This document shows, in pieces, positions 1 to 9,892 of a stretch of DNA of 64,000 nucleotides. Location of the stretch: positions 2,594,605 to 2,658,604 of the forward strand of contig CBDAVA010000003.1 of the NCBI GenBank assembly GCA_965200785.1. The letters run 5' to 3'. Position 1 is the first letter of the stretch, and each line of letters opens with the position of its first letter. Made by a program: the position numbers and the translations under genes. Source of the stretch: Alphaproteobacteria bacterium. Lineage in GTDB: Bacteria; Pseudomonadota; Alphaproteobacteria; Bin95. The notes under the pieces were generated by a model, which saw nothing but the letters and a program-made list of their open reading frames with translations, ran no database searches and was not told the origin of the DNA.

Positions 1-20
1 CGCGGGGAGTTAAGGGACGA

Positions 21-1424
21 TCAGAAGCCGATGGCGATGCCGGTCACGAAGCCCGTGCCCGAATCCATGCCGTCATCGGCCTGGAAGATCGAGGTCTTGG
101 AGTTGATGCCCGGCGCCAGCGTGTAGCGGAAGGAAGCCATCACCGCCTCGGTCTCCATGCCGTTGCCCGCCTCATTGAGCAGGTAGCCGAGGCTGGCGGC
201 CATCGGCCCGTCCGAATACATCACGCCGACGGTCGTTATATCAGCGTCCTTGGATGCGTCCTTGACGACCATCGATCGTTGCTTGTTGTCATTCGAGAAG
301 GGCATGCCGTTGGCATTCAATTCGGAGGCCGGAAGTGCTTTGCCATCGGCGTCAACGTAATCACCGGCCGCGTTCATCACATAACGCTCTTCCGGCATCA
401 TGCCCAATTGTCCGTCCATACCAGGATCGACATACATATCTGTCATGTATGCACCGCTGTCCTTGGCGGCATAGGCGACATTGAAACTGACCGGCCCGAA
501 GCCGACCTGCAAGCCGACATTGGTAAAGGTGGAGTCGCCACCCGCCATGACCTTCGTCGCCATGGCAGTCCCGAGCGCGGTCCTGGCCGCGGCTGCGTCG
601 CTGGCAAGCCCTTGCAGGTCTGCGGCCGCCATGTAGTGCCCATTGTCATCCATCTCAAGCGCGGCGTCGAACGCCATGAGATCGGCTTTTCTGTTCTTGA
701 ACCCCTTCGGATGCAGATCGCCCATTACCAAATCATTACCCATGGCATCCATTCCGGTCATCGTCATGAACGCAGTCTGCGGTTTACTTGCGGTGTAGTG
801 GCCGACGGAGAAAGCGACATTGGCGTCGCCCACGGACTGCGTGACATTCGCCGCGATGCCCCAGGCGGACATATCGTTGTTCACAGGGTCGATATTCTTA
901 GTCTCGCTATTCATGTCCGGGGCGTAGGACATGCCAAGCTGCACGCCTGCCATGCGCGGCGTGTAGTAGGAAATCCTCTTGGCGTCGGCAACCCAGCCAT
1001 TGGTGCCGCCGGTGGAGATGCCGGAGATCCAGCCGACATCGCCGTGGTTGAGGCCAATACCGACATCCTGATGGCCTTTGTGCATGAGCGGGACGACATC
1101 GTCCTCTGCGCCAAGGACGATCTGGCCGAAGCTGCCGCTGACGGTTGCCTGCGACTCGTCGATATCGCCGCCGCCGTTGCCCTCGACCTCGATCTTGACG
1201 CTGAACTTGAGGCCGTTATCGGCTTCGAGCGAGCCTCTGACGTTGAACTCGGTGTCCGACCACACGCCGATGCCGCCGTCGCCATTGTCGAGATTGGTCA
1301 TGCCGACCCACTGTTCCATGTAGCCGCCAAGGCTGACGCTCAGCTTGTCGGCAGCGACAGCCTGTCCGGCGGCCATCGCGCCTGCGAAGGCGAGTGCGCT
1401 TGTTGCGAGGAGAGTCTTTTTCAT
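21..1424 (-). CDS. Outer-membrane porin (Gram-negative porin family) with large loop insertions
   Basis: Start trimmed to ATG 1424 (MKKTLLATSALAFAG signal peptide). Alphaproteobacterial porin-like N-terminus (LSVSLGGYMEQWVG, DTEFNVRGS..DNGL, IDES, GSFGQIVLG, RISYYTPR). C-terminal beta-strand ends in Phe (GFVTGIAIGF). Confidence 0.88.
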   Translation of the reverse strand: MKKTLLATSALAFAGAMAAGQAVAADKLSVSLGGYMEQWVGMTNLDNGDGGIGVWSDTEFNVRGSLEADNGLKFSVKIEVEGNGGGDIDESQATVSGSFGQIVLGAEDDVVPLMHKGHQDVGIGLNHGDVGWISGISTGGTNGWVADAKRISYYTPRMAGVQLGMSYAPDMNSETKNIDPVNNDMSAWGIAANVTQSVGDANVAFSVGHYTASKPQTAFMTMTGMDAMGNDLVMGDLHPKGFKNRKADLMAFDAALEMDDNGHYMAAADLQGLASDAAAARTALGTAMATKVMAGGDSTFTNVGLQVGFGPVSFNVAYAAKDSGAYMTDMYVDPGMDGQLGMMPEERYVMNAAGDYVDADGKALPASELNANGMPFSNDNKQRSMVVKDASKDADITTVGVMYSDGPMAASLGYLLNEAGNGMETEAVMASFRYTLAPGINSKTSIFQADDGMDSGTGFVTGIAIGF

Positions 1425-1490
1425 TGTTCCGGTGATCCCGTTGTTGGCTTTCTGCGCCGGTGCTGCGAATGCGCTTTGGCGCGGAACGGA

Positions 1491-1517
1491 ACCATAGACG
1501 GGGGGGGGGGGGGTCAA
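1491..1517 (-). promoter_or_regulatory. Putative sigma70 promoter of the porin, with a C14 homopolymer between -35 and -10
   Basis: Minus strand reads TTGACC-CCCCCCCCCCCCGTC-TATGGT (15-nt spacer). G run at 1500-1513 on the + strand, about 70 nt upstream of the porin ATG. Confidence 0.6.
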
Positions 1518-1552
1518 TGGAAGACAGAGCTTTTGGTGTAGAAAACTGATGC

Positions 1553-1572
1553 CTGTTGCATCCGTGCAACAG
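1553..1572. promoter_or_regulatory. Perfect palindrome CTGTTGCA-N4-TGCAACAG, candidate transcription-factor site
   Basis: 8-bp inverted repeat in the porin/msbA divergent intergenic region, about 35 nt upstream of the predicted -35 box. Confidence 0.5.
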
Positions 1573-1673
1573 AAGCGCGGCGGTGCCGGTGGAAAGAAAT
1601 CCCTTGGGGGAGCGGGAAAGAGGCTCCTTCACCGCTCCCGTCCGGGGCCGGGCCGTGTTATCAAGCGGGCCTT

Positions 1674-3443
1674 ATGGCTCCCCCGCAGGCTCCTTCCGCC
1701 CGTTCGGTGCTTCGCCGTCTCTGGCGCAGCCATATCCGTGCGAATCTGCGCGGCCTCCGCACCGCCATGCTGGCCATGGCCGTCGGCGCCGCCGCGACTG
1801 CCGGCTATGTGCGCGTGGTTCAGAATCTGGTGGACGACGTGCTGGTCGCGCATGACGAGGGGTTGATCCTGGCGGTGTCGCTGACAATCGCCGCGCTCGG
1901 TCTGGCGCAGGGCTTCTCCGCTTATTTCTCGGCCGTCATCCTCGCCAAAATCGGCCAGGGTGTGCTTGCGTCCTTCCAGTCCGCCATGTTCGGCCATCTG
2001 GTCCATGCCGACCTGGCTTTTTTCGACAACAGCCGCACGGGCGAGTTGATCTCGCGTTTCACCAATGACGTAAATCTGATACGCCAGTCCCTGTCCACGG
2101 CGCTGGTCGCGCTGGTGCGGGACAGCCTGACTGTCACCTTCCTGCTCGGCCTGCTGTTCTATGAGGACTGGCTGCTGACCTTGATCGTGCTGTTCGTCTT
2201 CCCGACTTCCCTGATGCTGGTGCTGCGCATCGGCCGGCGCATCCGCCGGATCACGCAGTCCACACAGGCAAGCTGGGCCGAGTTCACCGCCAATCTCGAA
2301 CAGACCTTTGTCGGCATTCGCCACATCAAGGCCTACAGGCTGGAGGAACGCGAGCGCATACAGGCCGACGCGACCATCCAGCGCATCCGCCACCTTGCCG
2401 TCAAGGCCGTCCGCACCCAGGCGCTCTCCCGCCCGATCATGGAGTTTCTGGGTGCCGTGGCGATCTCCGCAGCCATCTATTACGGCGCTGCGCAGGTCGC
2501 GGCGGGCGCGATCACGCCGGGCACCATCGTCGCCTTCCTGCTGGCGTTCATCATCGCCTACCGCCCGGTCAAGAATCTGGTCGCGGTCAACGCCGTGCTG
2601 CAGCAGGGCCTGGTCGGGGCGCAGCGCTGTTTCGAACTGCTGGACCGGAAGCCGGAGATCGTCGATGCGCCGGGCGCCCGGCCGCTCCGCATCAGGCAGG
2701 GGGAAATCCTGTTCGAGGACGTGTCCTTCTCCTATTCCGGCGGCCCGGCGGCGCTTTCGGGCCTGTCGCTCGCCTTTCCGGCGGGCCGCACATCGGCGCT
2801 GGTCGGCGCGTCGGGCGCCGGAAAGACGACCATCCTCAACCTCGTCCCGCGCTTCTATGACGCCGCCTCCGGCCGCATTTCGATCGACGGGCAGGCGTTG
2901 CAGAGCGTCACCCTCGCTTCGCTGCGCAGCCATATCGCGCTGGTGAGCCAGGAGGTCGCGCTGTTCGACGACACGGTGCACGCCAATATCGCTTGCGGAC
3001 GGCCAGGAGCCGGGGACGCGGAGATCGCCGCCGCCGCACGCGATGCCGGCGCGCATGACTTCATCACCGCGATGCCCAAGGGCTACCATACGCGGGTCGG
3101 CGAGTTCGGCGTCCGTCTTTCGGGCGGCCAGCGCCAGCGTATCGCCATTGCGCGCGCCATATTGAAGGACGCGCCGATCCTGCTCCTCGACGAGGCGACC
3201 TCCGCGCTCGACACCGAGACCGAGCGGATGGTTCAGGCCGCGCTGGAGCGTTTGAAGCAGGGGCGCACCACCGTGGTGATCGCACACCGCCTGTCGACCG
3301 TCGCCAATGCCGATGTCATTCATGTCATCGACAAGGGGCGGGTGGTCGAATCAGGCGCTCACGGCGCGCTTTTGAAACGAAGCGGCGCCTATGCCCGGCT
3401 CCACGCGCTGCAATTCGCCGATGCAGGCCTTCGCATTGCCTAG
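1674..3443 (+). CDS. msbA: Lipid A ABC exporter (fused TMD + NBD)
   Basis: N-terminal TM domain, Walker A GASGAGKT, LSGGQRQR signature, LLLDEATSALD. Lies upstream of DUF374-waaA-lpxK. Confidence 0.8.
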   Translation: MAPPQAPSARSVLRRLWRSHIRANLRGLRTAMLAMAVGAAATAGYVRVVQNLVDDVLVAHDEGLILAVSLTIAALGLAQGFSAYFSAVILAKIGQGVLASFQSAMFGHLVHADLAFFDNSRTGELISRFTNDVNLIRQSLSTALVALVRDSLTVTFLLGLLFYEDWLLTLIVLFVFPTSLMLVLRIGRRIRRITQSTQASWAEFTANLEQTFVGIRHIKAYRLEERERIQADATIQRIRHLAVKAVRTQALSRPIMEFLGAVAISAAIYYGAAQVAAGAITPGTIVAFLLAFIIAYRPVKNLVAVNAVLQQGLVGAQRCFELLDRKPEIVDAPGARPLRIRQGEILFEDVSFSYSGGPAALSGLSLAFPAGRTSALVGASGAGKTTILNLVPRFYDAASGRISIDGQALQSVTLASLRSHIALVSQEVALFDDTVHANIACGRPGAGDAEIAAAARDAGAHDFITAMPKGYHTRVGEFGVRLSGGQRQRIAIARAILKDAPILLLDEATSALDTETERMVQAALERLKQGRTTVVIAHRLSTVANADVIHVIDKGRVVESGAHGALLKRSGAYARLHALQFADAGLRIA

Positions 3444-4107
3444 CCGCCTCGGTAAACGATTGTTGCGCAGCCAGGCAGCCTGGCGCCTCGCCCGGCGGCT
3501 TCTCGTCGGATATGTCCGCCTGGTCGCCGCCACCACGCGCTGGCATGTCGAGGGGCGCGAGCATCTCGACGCCGTCCTCCGGGAAGACGGCGGCACCGTG
3601 GCATGTTGCTGGCACGGGCGGCTCATCCTGTTCTCCGCAGCATGGCCGCTGCCCGACCGCACCTATGTGCTGGCGTCGCGCCATCGGGACGGGCAGCTCG
3701 CCGCCGCCATAGCAGAAGGCTTCGGCCTCAGAACCGTTTCCGGCTCGACCGAGCGGGGCGGCGCGCCGGCGCTGCGCCGTCTGGTTCGGCTGGCGCGCGC
3801 CGGCAATATCGTCGCGCTTACCCCGGACGGGCCGCGCGGGCCGGGCCGCGTGCCGCACCCGGGGGCAGCGGCGCTGGCGCGGCTCGCCCGGATGCGCGTC
3901 CTCCCGGTCGCCTGGTCCGTCCGCCGGCGCGTCCTGCTCCGCAGCTGGGACCGCCTGCTGCTGCCGCTGCCGATCAACCGGGGCGCCTATCTGTTCGGGG
4001 AAGCCCTGCCGATGACGGATGAAAACGCTCTCGACCGCCTCAAGGAGGCCCTGGACAGCCTGACCGACCGCGCCGACAGGCTTTGCGGACATAGCCCGGC
4101 CGCCTGA
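3421..4107 (+). CDS. DUF374 / lysophospholipid acyltransferase family protein
   Basis: Motifs WHGR, SRHRDG, GSTERGG, TPDGPRGP, SWDR. Usual position between msbA and waaA. Start uncertain (3421 ATG or 3436 TTG). Confidence 0.8.
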   Translation: MQAFALPSRLGKRLLRSQAAWRLARRLLVGYVRLVAATTRWHVEGREHLDAVLREDGGTVACCWHGRLILFSAAWPLPDRTYVLASRHRDGQLAAAIAEGFGLRTVSGSTERGGAPALRRLVRLARAGNIVALTPDGPRGPGRVPHPGAAALARLARMRVLPVAWSVRRRVLLRSWDRLLLPLPINRGAYLFGEALPMTDENALDRLKEALDSLTDRADRLCGHSPAA

Positions 4108-5375
4108 TGATGCACCTTGCCTACCGGGCGGCGACCGGCCTGATGACGCCCCTCCTGCCGGTCTATCTCGCCCACCGCCGGCGGCACGGCAGGGAGGATC
4201 CGGCGCGTCTCGGCGAACGGCGCGGCCATGCCGGGGCGGCGCGCCCGTCCGGCCCGCTGATCTGGTTTCACGGGGCGAGCATCGGCGAGACCGCCTCCGT
4301 CCTGCCGCTGATCGACCGGCTGGCCGCCATGCGCCCGGACGCAACCGTGCTCGCGACCTCCGTCACCAAGACTTCAGCCGCATTGCTGGCGCGGCGGCTG
4401 CCGCACTGTGCGATCCATCAATACTACCCCATGGACAAGGCCGCGTGGGTGCGCCGTTTCCTCGACCACTGGCGCCCCGACCTGGCGCTCTGGATCGAGT
4501 CGGAACTCTGGCCCAACATGCTGCACGAGCTTCGCGTGCGGCGCGTGCCCGCAGCATTGCTGAATGCGCGCATGTCCCCGACCTCGTTTCAACGCTGGCG
4601 CCGGTTTCCCGATTTTTCCCGGCGGCTGCTCGGCGCCTTCCACATGACGTTTGCGCAGGATGTCGAACATGGCGACCGGTTTCGCGCGCTCGGCGCGAAC
4701 CCCGTCCATGTCTTCGGCAATCTGAAATACGCCGCTGCGCCGCTCGGCGTCGATGAGAGGGCGCTCGAAGACGTGCTGGACGCCGTTGCCGACCGGCCGG
4801 TCTGGCTCGCCGCCTCGACTCATCCCGGCGAGGAAGCGGCGGTCGGCCAGGCGCATGAAGCGCTGCGGCGCAGCCATGCGGGCATCCTGACGCTGCTGGC
4901 GCCGCGCCATCCGGAGCGGGGCGACGAAATCGAAGCGCTGCTGGCCGCGAAGATGGGCCTCGCCGTTGCGCGGCGGTCGCGCGGCGAACTGCCCGGCGCG
5001 GCGACCGAAGTCTATCTGGTCGATACGCTGCACGAGCTCGGCCTGTTCTACCGCGTGGCGGAGGCGGCTTTCGTCGGCGGCTCCCTCGTGCCCCATGGCG
5101 GGCAGAACCCGCTGGAGCCGGCCAGGCTGGGCGCGGCTCTGGTGCACGGGCCCGCAATGTTCAACTTCACCGAAATCGTGGCCGAACTGGCGGCAGCCCG
5201 CGCCGCCCGCCAGATCTCTGACGGGAACGAGCTTGTCGAGGCCATCCATCTGCTGCTCTCGGACAACACGGTCCGGCGGGAGCAGGCGGCGCGGGCGGCA
5301 ATGGTGGCCAATGCCCGGAGCAATGTGCTCGACGAGGTGGTCGGCGCGTTGGATCCGTTGCTTGCCCGGCTCTGA
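4107..5375 (+). CDS. waaA: 3-deoxy-D-manno-octulosonic acid (Kdo) transferase
   Basis: IWFHGASIGE, ESELWPN, GNLK, AASTHPGEE, APRHPER, GGQNPLEPA motifs. Confidence 0.93.
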   Translation: MMHLAYRAATGLMTPLLPVYLAHRRRHGREDPARLGERRGHAGAARPSGPLIWFHGASIGETASVLPLIDRLAAMRPDATVLATSVTKTSAALLARRLPHCAIHQYYPMDKAAWVRRFLDHWRPDLALWIESELWPNMLHELRVRRVPAALLNARMSPTSFQRWRRFPDFSRRLLGAFHMTFAQDVEHGDRFRALGANPVHVFGNLKYAAAPLGVDERALEDVLDAVADRPVWLAASTHPGEEAAVGQAHEALRRSHAGILTLLAPRHPERGDEIEALLAAKMGLAVARRSRGELPGAATEVYLVDTLHELGLFYRVAEAAFVGGSLVPHGGQNPLEPARLGAALVHGPAMFNFTEIVAELAAARAARQISDGNELVEAIHLLLSDNTVRREQAARAAMVANARSNVLDEVVGALDPLLARL

Positions 5376-5377
5376 CG

Positions 5378-6337
5378 ATGCGCCCGCCGGCGTTCTGGGA
5401 CGACGCGCACGCGCCTGGCGGCCGGCTGCTGTCTCCGGTCGGCTGGCTCTATGCGCGGCTTGCACGGCCCCGGCGCCGCACAGGGCGCCGGGCGCCGGTT
5501 CCGGTGGTGTGCATCGGCAATGCAGTGCTGGGCGGGGCGGGCAAGACGCCGGTCGCCCTTGCCGTGGCGGCCAGGCTCGCCGAGTCCGGACACCGCCCGC
5601 ATTTCCTCTCGCGCGGCTATGGCGGAAGGCTCCGGGGGCCGGTCCGCGTCGATCCGGTTGCGCATGACGCGCGCGATGTCGGCGATGAGCCGCTGCTTCT
5701 CGCCCGCGCAGCGCCGACCTGGGTTGCGCGCGACCGCCATGCCGGCGCATTGGCGGCGGGGCGGTCGGGCGCCAGCGTCATCGTGATGGATGACGGCTTC
5801 CAGAACAGCAGCCTCGTCAAGGACACCGCCCTGCTGGTCGCGGACGGAACAGCCGGATACGGCAATGGGCGCGTGTTCCCCGCCGGGCCGCTGCGCGAAC
5901 CGGCGGAAGCCGCCCATGCGCGCGCTGATGCGCTCGTGGTTGTGGGCGCCGCCCGGCGCGCCTTGCCGAACGGCCTGCCCCGCCTTGAGGCGCGCCTGGC
6001 GCCGGAGCCCGGCAGCGAGCGGCTTGCCGGCGAAACCGTGTTCGGCTTCGCGGGGATCGGCCGGCCGGCCAAATTCGCCGAAACGCTGCTGGACCTGGGC
6101 GCAAAGCTGGCCGGTTTCCAGGCATTTGCCGACCACCATCCCTACCGGCCCGACGAGGTCGCGATGTTGCTGGAACACGCGGCGGCGCTCGGCGCACGCT
6201 GCGTCACCACAGAGAAAGACGCCGTGCGGCTGCCGGCGGACATCCGCGCAGCGGTCGAAACCGTGGCCGTTTCGCTCGAATGGCGCGACCCCGGGGGCCT
6301 CGACTCCCTGCTGCAAGAAAAGGGGCTGATTGCATGA
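5378..6337 (+). CDS. lpxK: Tetraacyldisaccharide 4'-kinase
   Basis: VVCIGN..GGAGKTP, SRGYGG, GDEPLLL, MDDGFQN, PAGPLRE, FAGIGRP, TTEKD motifs. Confidence 0.93.
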   Translation: MRPPAFWDDAHAPGGRLLSPVGWLYARLARPRRRTGRRAPVPVVCIGNAVLGGAGKTPVALAVAARLAESGHRPHFLSRGYGGRLRGPVRVDPVAHDARDVGDEPLLLARAAPTWVARDRHAGALAAGRSGASVIVMDDGFQNSSLVKDTALLVADGTAGYGNGRVFPAGPLREPAEAAHARADALVVVGAARRALPNGLPRLEARLAPEPGSERLAGETVFGFAGIGRPAKFAETLLDLGAKLAGFQAFADHHPYRPDEVAMLLEHAAALGARCVTTEKDAVRLPADIRAAVETVAVSLEWRDPGGLDSLLQEKGLIA

Positions 6338-6900
6338 CCGCACCACAAACCGTGCTCGACTTCTGGTTCGGGCCGCCCGACAGCCGGGATTTCGGCTGGT
6401 TCTGCGACAGCTGGTTCCGCGGCGGGCCGGCGTTCGACACGCTGTGCCGGCAGTTCGAGCCGGCCGTCGAGGAAGCCATCGCCGGGGGCTTTGACAATTG
6501 GCGCTGGCGGGCGCGCCATTGCCTCGCGCTCATCCTACTGCTCGACCAGTTCCCCCGGAACATCTACCGGGGCACCGCCCGCGCCTTCGCCGGCGACGCC
6601 CGCGCCCGCATGCTTGCGCATTTCGCCCTTGAGCGCGGTTACGACCGCGGAACGCCGGCAGTTCTGCGGACATTCTTCTACCTGCCGCTGGAGCACAGCG
6701 AGGCGCTGGCCGACCAGGAACTGGTGGTGCAATTGTTCGACGCCTATGGCAGCGCCGGCAACCGGGAAGCCGGACGCCGGCACCGCGACATCATCCGCCG
6801 CTTTGGCCGCTTCCCGCACCGCAACGCCGTGCTCGGCCGGCCTTCCACACCGGAGGAAGAAGCGTTCGCCGCCGACCCGGAAAACCGCTTCGGGCAGTGA
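6334..6900 (+). CDS. DUF924 family protein
   Basis: VLDFWFG, LDQFPRN, FFYLPLEHSE, FGRFPHRN motifs. ATGA overlap with the lpxK stop. Confidence 0.88.
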   Translation: MTAPQTVLDFWFGPPDSRDFGWFCDSWFRGGPAFDTLCRQFEPAVEEAIAGGFDNWRWRARHCLALILLLDQFPRNIYRGTARAFAGDARARMLAHFALERGYDRGTPAVLRTFFYLPLEHSEALADQELVVQLFDAYGSAGNREAGRRHRDIIRRFGRFPHRNAVLGRPSTPEEEAFAADPENRFGQ

Positions 6901-6921
6901 ACGCCTGCTGACTCCCGGCCG

Positions 6922-7692
6922 CTACCGCCAGCCGCCGCCGCCGCTTACATAGACCGTGTCGGCGGTCATGAATTCGCAGGCGTCGGAGCACATGAACAGC
7001 ACCAGCTCGCCGATTTCCTCCGGCTTGCCGAAGCGGCCCATCGGCACATCCGAGAGAAAGGTCGCCATGGTTTCCGGCGTTGTTGCCGCAGCCGCCTGGA
7101 ACGGCGTCTCCACCGGACCCGGCGAGATCGAAAGGCAGCGTATGCCGCGGCTCGCGAACTCCCGCGCCACGCCGAGCGTCATGGTCAGCACCGCCCCCTT
7201 GGCGGAGGCGTAATGGACCGACGTGCCCGGCCCGCCCCGCTTGTGCGACATCGAGGCCACATTCACGATCACACCCTTGCCGTTCTCCAGCATGTGCGGC
7301 AGCACGGCCTGCATTCCGTGGAACACGCCGTCCACATTGATCGCCCAGGTCCGGCGCCACAACTCGTCGTCGATATCGAGAAAAGTGGACCGGCGCACGG
7401 CCGCGCCGGCGCAGTTGAACATGAAGTCGATCCGCCCGAAGGCCCGGAGAGCTTCCGCAACCGCCGCCTCGACATCCTCGCGGCGCGTCACATCGGTTGC
7501 GACAGCCAGCGCCCGGCCGCCGGTCTGGCGGATGATCTCGACCGTCTGCGCATTGCCTTCCTGGTTGACATCGCAAGCGACGACATGGGCGCCCTCGCGC
7601 GCGAAGATCTGCGCCGTCGCTCGCCCGATACCGCTGGCAGCCCCGGTGATGACGATCGTCTTGCCCTGAAAGTAGCCCGGCGTTCCGGTCAT
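6922..7692 (-). CDS. SDR family NAD(P)-dependent oxidoreductase
   Basis: TGAASGIG Rossmann motif, YASAK catalytic motif. Confidence 0.88.
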   Translation of the reverse strand: MTGTPGYFQGKTIVITGAASGIGRATAQIFAREGAHVVACDVNQEGNAQTVEIIRQTGGRALAVATDVTRREDVEAAVAEALRAFGRIDFMFNCAGAAVRRSTFLDIDDELWRRTWAINVDGVFHGMQAVLPHMLENGKGVIVNVASMSHKRGGPGTSVHYASAKGAVLTMTLGVAREFASRGIRCLSISPGPVETPFQAAAATTPETMATFLSDVPMGRFGKPEEIGELVLFMCSDACEFMTADTVYVSGGGGWR

Positions 7693-7956
7693 TTCAGCAC
7701 CTGCCTCCCGATTACAACCGCGCCGGCCAGAAGGGACATTTCCGCCGCAGGCTGCACGCCTGCAGACCGGGCCGGCAATATTTCTTCTATGAGATTACCT
7801 CATGCGTTGCACCGGACAATCGCGAGGCCAGAGATCACCCTCCGTCCAGCCCCGAAACCGCCGGAAGATGTCCGAATGACAGAACCCGGCACAGGCGATC
7901 CCACGCCTTAACACCGAGTTGGCCTCGCGCATATGCGTCCACCTGCGGCCCCGGCG

Positions 7957-8880
7957 CTATGCCTTCGGCGCGGCGATCAGGCCGTAATGCTGCGGCTGGC
8001 GGTGCAGTGCGAAGTCGAAAATCTGGCGGCGGATTTCATTGCAGCGGTCGAGGTCGCAATCGGCGACGACGACCTCGTCGCCGACGCCCTGGGCCATGGC
8101 GACGATCTCCCCGGTGGGCGCGACAATGGCGCTCTGGCCAATCAGATCGCAGCCTTCCTCCCGCCCCGCCTTGGCCACGCCGACCACCCAATTGCCGTTC
8201 TGATAGGCGCCCGCCTGCATGGAGAGATGGTTGTGAAACCACATCAGATGGTCGTGTTCGGGCACCGGCGGATTATGGGTCGGGGTGTTGTAGCCGAGCA
8301 TGACCAGCTCCACGCCCTGCAACCCCATGACGCGATAGGTCTCCGGCCAGCGCCGGTCGTTGCAGATGCACATGCCCATCTTGCCGCCGAAGGCCTCGAA
8401 TACCGGGAAACCCAGATCGCCCGGCTCGAAATAGGCTTTCTCCAGATGCTGGAAGGGCCGCCACGGCTCGTGTTCGCTATGCCCCGGCAGATGGACCTTG
8501 CGATATTTGCCAACGATCGCGCCCGCGCCGTTCACCAGAATCGATGTGTTGAAGCGCCGCCTTGCGCCGTCCGCCGCGCGCGCCAGTTCCGCATAACCCA
8601 GATAGAAGCCGACGCCGAGTTCCGCCGCCAGATCGAAAAGCGGTCGTGTGGTGGCATTCGGCATTTCGGTTTCATAGAAGGCGTCGAGTTCCGCCTCGTC
8701 CTCGAAATGCCAACGGGGAAAGAAACTGGTAAGCGCGAGCTCCGGGAAGACAACCAGCCTTGCGCCCTTGGCATGGGCCTCACGCATCATGGCCGCCATG
8801 CGCGCAACGCAGGACTCGCGCGATTCCTCCCGGCCGACCGGCCCCATCTGCGCGGCGGCGACGCCTAGTCGTCGGGGCAT
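7957..8880 (-). CDS. N-carbamoyl-D-amino-acid hydrolase (nitrilase superfamily)
   Basis: FPELALT (Glu), YRKVHLPGH (Lys), ICNDRRWPE (Cys), QAGAYQN. Confidence 0.88.
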   Translation of the reverse strand: MPRRLGVAAAQMGPVGREESRESCVARMAAMMREAHAKGARLVVFPELALTSFFPRWHFEDEAELDAFYETEMPNATTRPLFDLAAELGVGFYLGYAELARAADGARRRFNTSILVNGAGAIVGKYRKVHLPGHSEHEPWRPFQHLEKAYFEPGDLGFPVFEAFGGKMGMCICNDRRWPETYRVMGLQGVELVMLGYNTPTHNPPVPEHDHLMWFHNHLSMQAGAYQNGNWVVGVAKAGREEGCDLIGQSAIVAPTGEIVAMAQGVGDEVVVADCDLDRCNEIRRQIFDFALHRQPQHYGLIAAPKA

Positions 8881-8899
8881 GGAAACCTCCTCACGGCCT

Positions 8900-9892
8900 T
8901 CACTCCGGGCCGGCGCCCGGCACCAGATGGCAAGCCGCCTGGTGTCCAGGCGCGACGCGGCGCATCAGCGGCTCCTCGACGCGGCAGCGCGCCTCGGCCA
9001 CCGGGCAGCGCGTATGGAAGCGGCAGCCAGCCGGCGGATTGATCGGACTCGGAATATCGCCCTTGAGGATGATGCGCTCGCGCCGGGCGCCGGGCTCCGG
9101 CACAGGCGCGGCGGAAAGCAGGGCGCGGGTATAGGGGTGGCGCGGGTCGGCGAACAGCGTTTCGCGGTCCGTCAACTCGACGATCTTGCCGAGATACATG
9201 ACCGCCACGCGGTGGCTGATATGCTCGACCACTGCGAGGTCGTGGCTGATGAAGAGATAGGCGAGGTCGAGTTCGTCCTGCAGGTCCATCAGCAGGTTCA
9301 GCACCTGAGCCTGGACCGACACATCGAGCGCGGACACAGGCTCGTCGGCGACGATGAGACCGGGCTCCAGCGCCAGCGCCCGCGCGACGCCAAGGCGCTG
9401 GCGCTGGCCGCCCGAAAACTCATGCGGATATTTCGCCATCTGGTCCGGCCGCAGTCCGACCCGGCCGAACAGCGCGCGCACGCGGTCGTCGATCTCCGTG
9501 CGCGGAATCTCGCTGTAGTTCTCGAGAGGCTCCGCAACAATGCGCCGCGCCGAAAGCCGGGGATTGAGCGAGGCATAGGGGTCCTGGAACACCATCTGCA
9601 TCTGGCGCCGAAGGGTCCGCATCCGCGCCGCGCCGGCGCGGGTCACATCCTCTCCGCGGATCAGGATCTCGCCCGAGGTGGGGTCGATCAACCGCATGAC
9701 GGTCTTGCCCACCGTGGATTTGCCGGAGCCGCTCTCGCCGACGAGTCCCAGCGTCTCGCCCCGCCGGATCTCGAAGCTGACGCCGTCCACCGCCAGGACC
9801 GAGCCCACTTTCCGCCGCAGAAGACCAGACTGGACCGGAAAGTGCTTCTTCAGATCGCGCACCTCCAGGACGGTGTCGCCGCCGCTGCTCAT
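8900..9892 (-). CDS. Peptide/nickel ABC transporter ATP-binding subunit (DppF/OppF-like)
   Basis: [29 protein letters not shown]. Start trimmed to MSSGG, overlapping the upstream stop. Confidence 0.9.
   Translation of the reverse strand: MSSGGDTVLEVRDLKKHFPVQSGLLRRKVGSVLAVDGVSFEIRRGETLGLVGESGSGKSTVGKTVMRLIDPTSGEILIRGEDVTRAGAARMRTLRRQMQMVFQDPYASLNPRLSARRIVAEPLENYSEIPRTEIDDRVRALFGRVGLRPDQMAKYPHEFSGGQRQRLGVARALALEPGLIVADEPVSALDVSVQAQVLNLLMDLQDELDLAYLFISHDLAVVEHISHRVAVMYLGKIVELTDRETLFADPRHPYTRALLSAAPVPEPGARRERIILKGDIPSPINPPAGCRFHTRCPVAEARCRVEEPLMRRVAPGHQAACHLVPGAGPE

Noticed and set aside
1425-1517. N-terminal extension MTPPPPVYG... of the porin ORF
   Set aside because: Its TTG start is the predicted -35 box and the poly-Pro is the C-tract. 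The signal peptide begins at ATG 1424, so the tract is not a coding frameshift switch.
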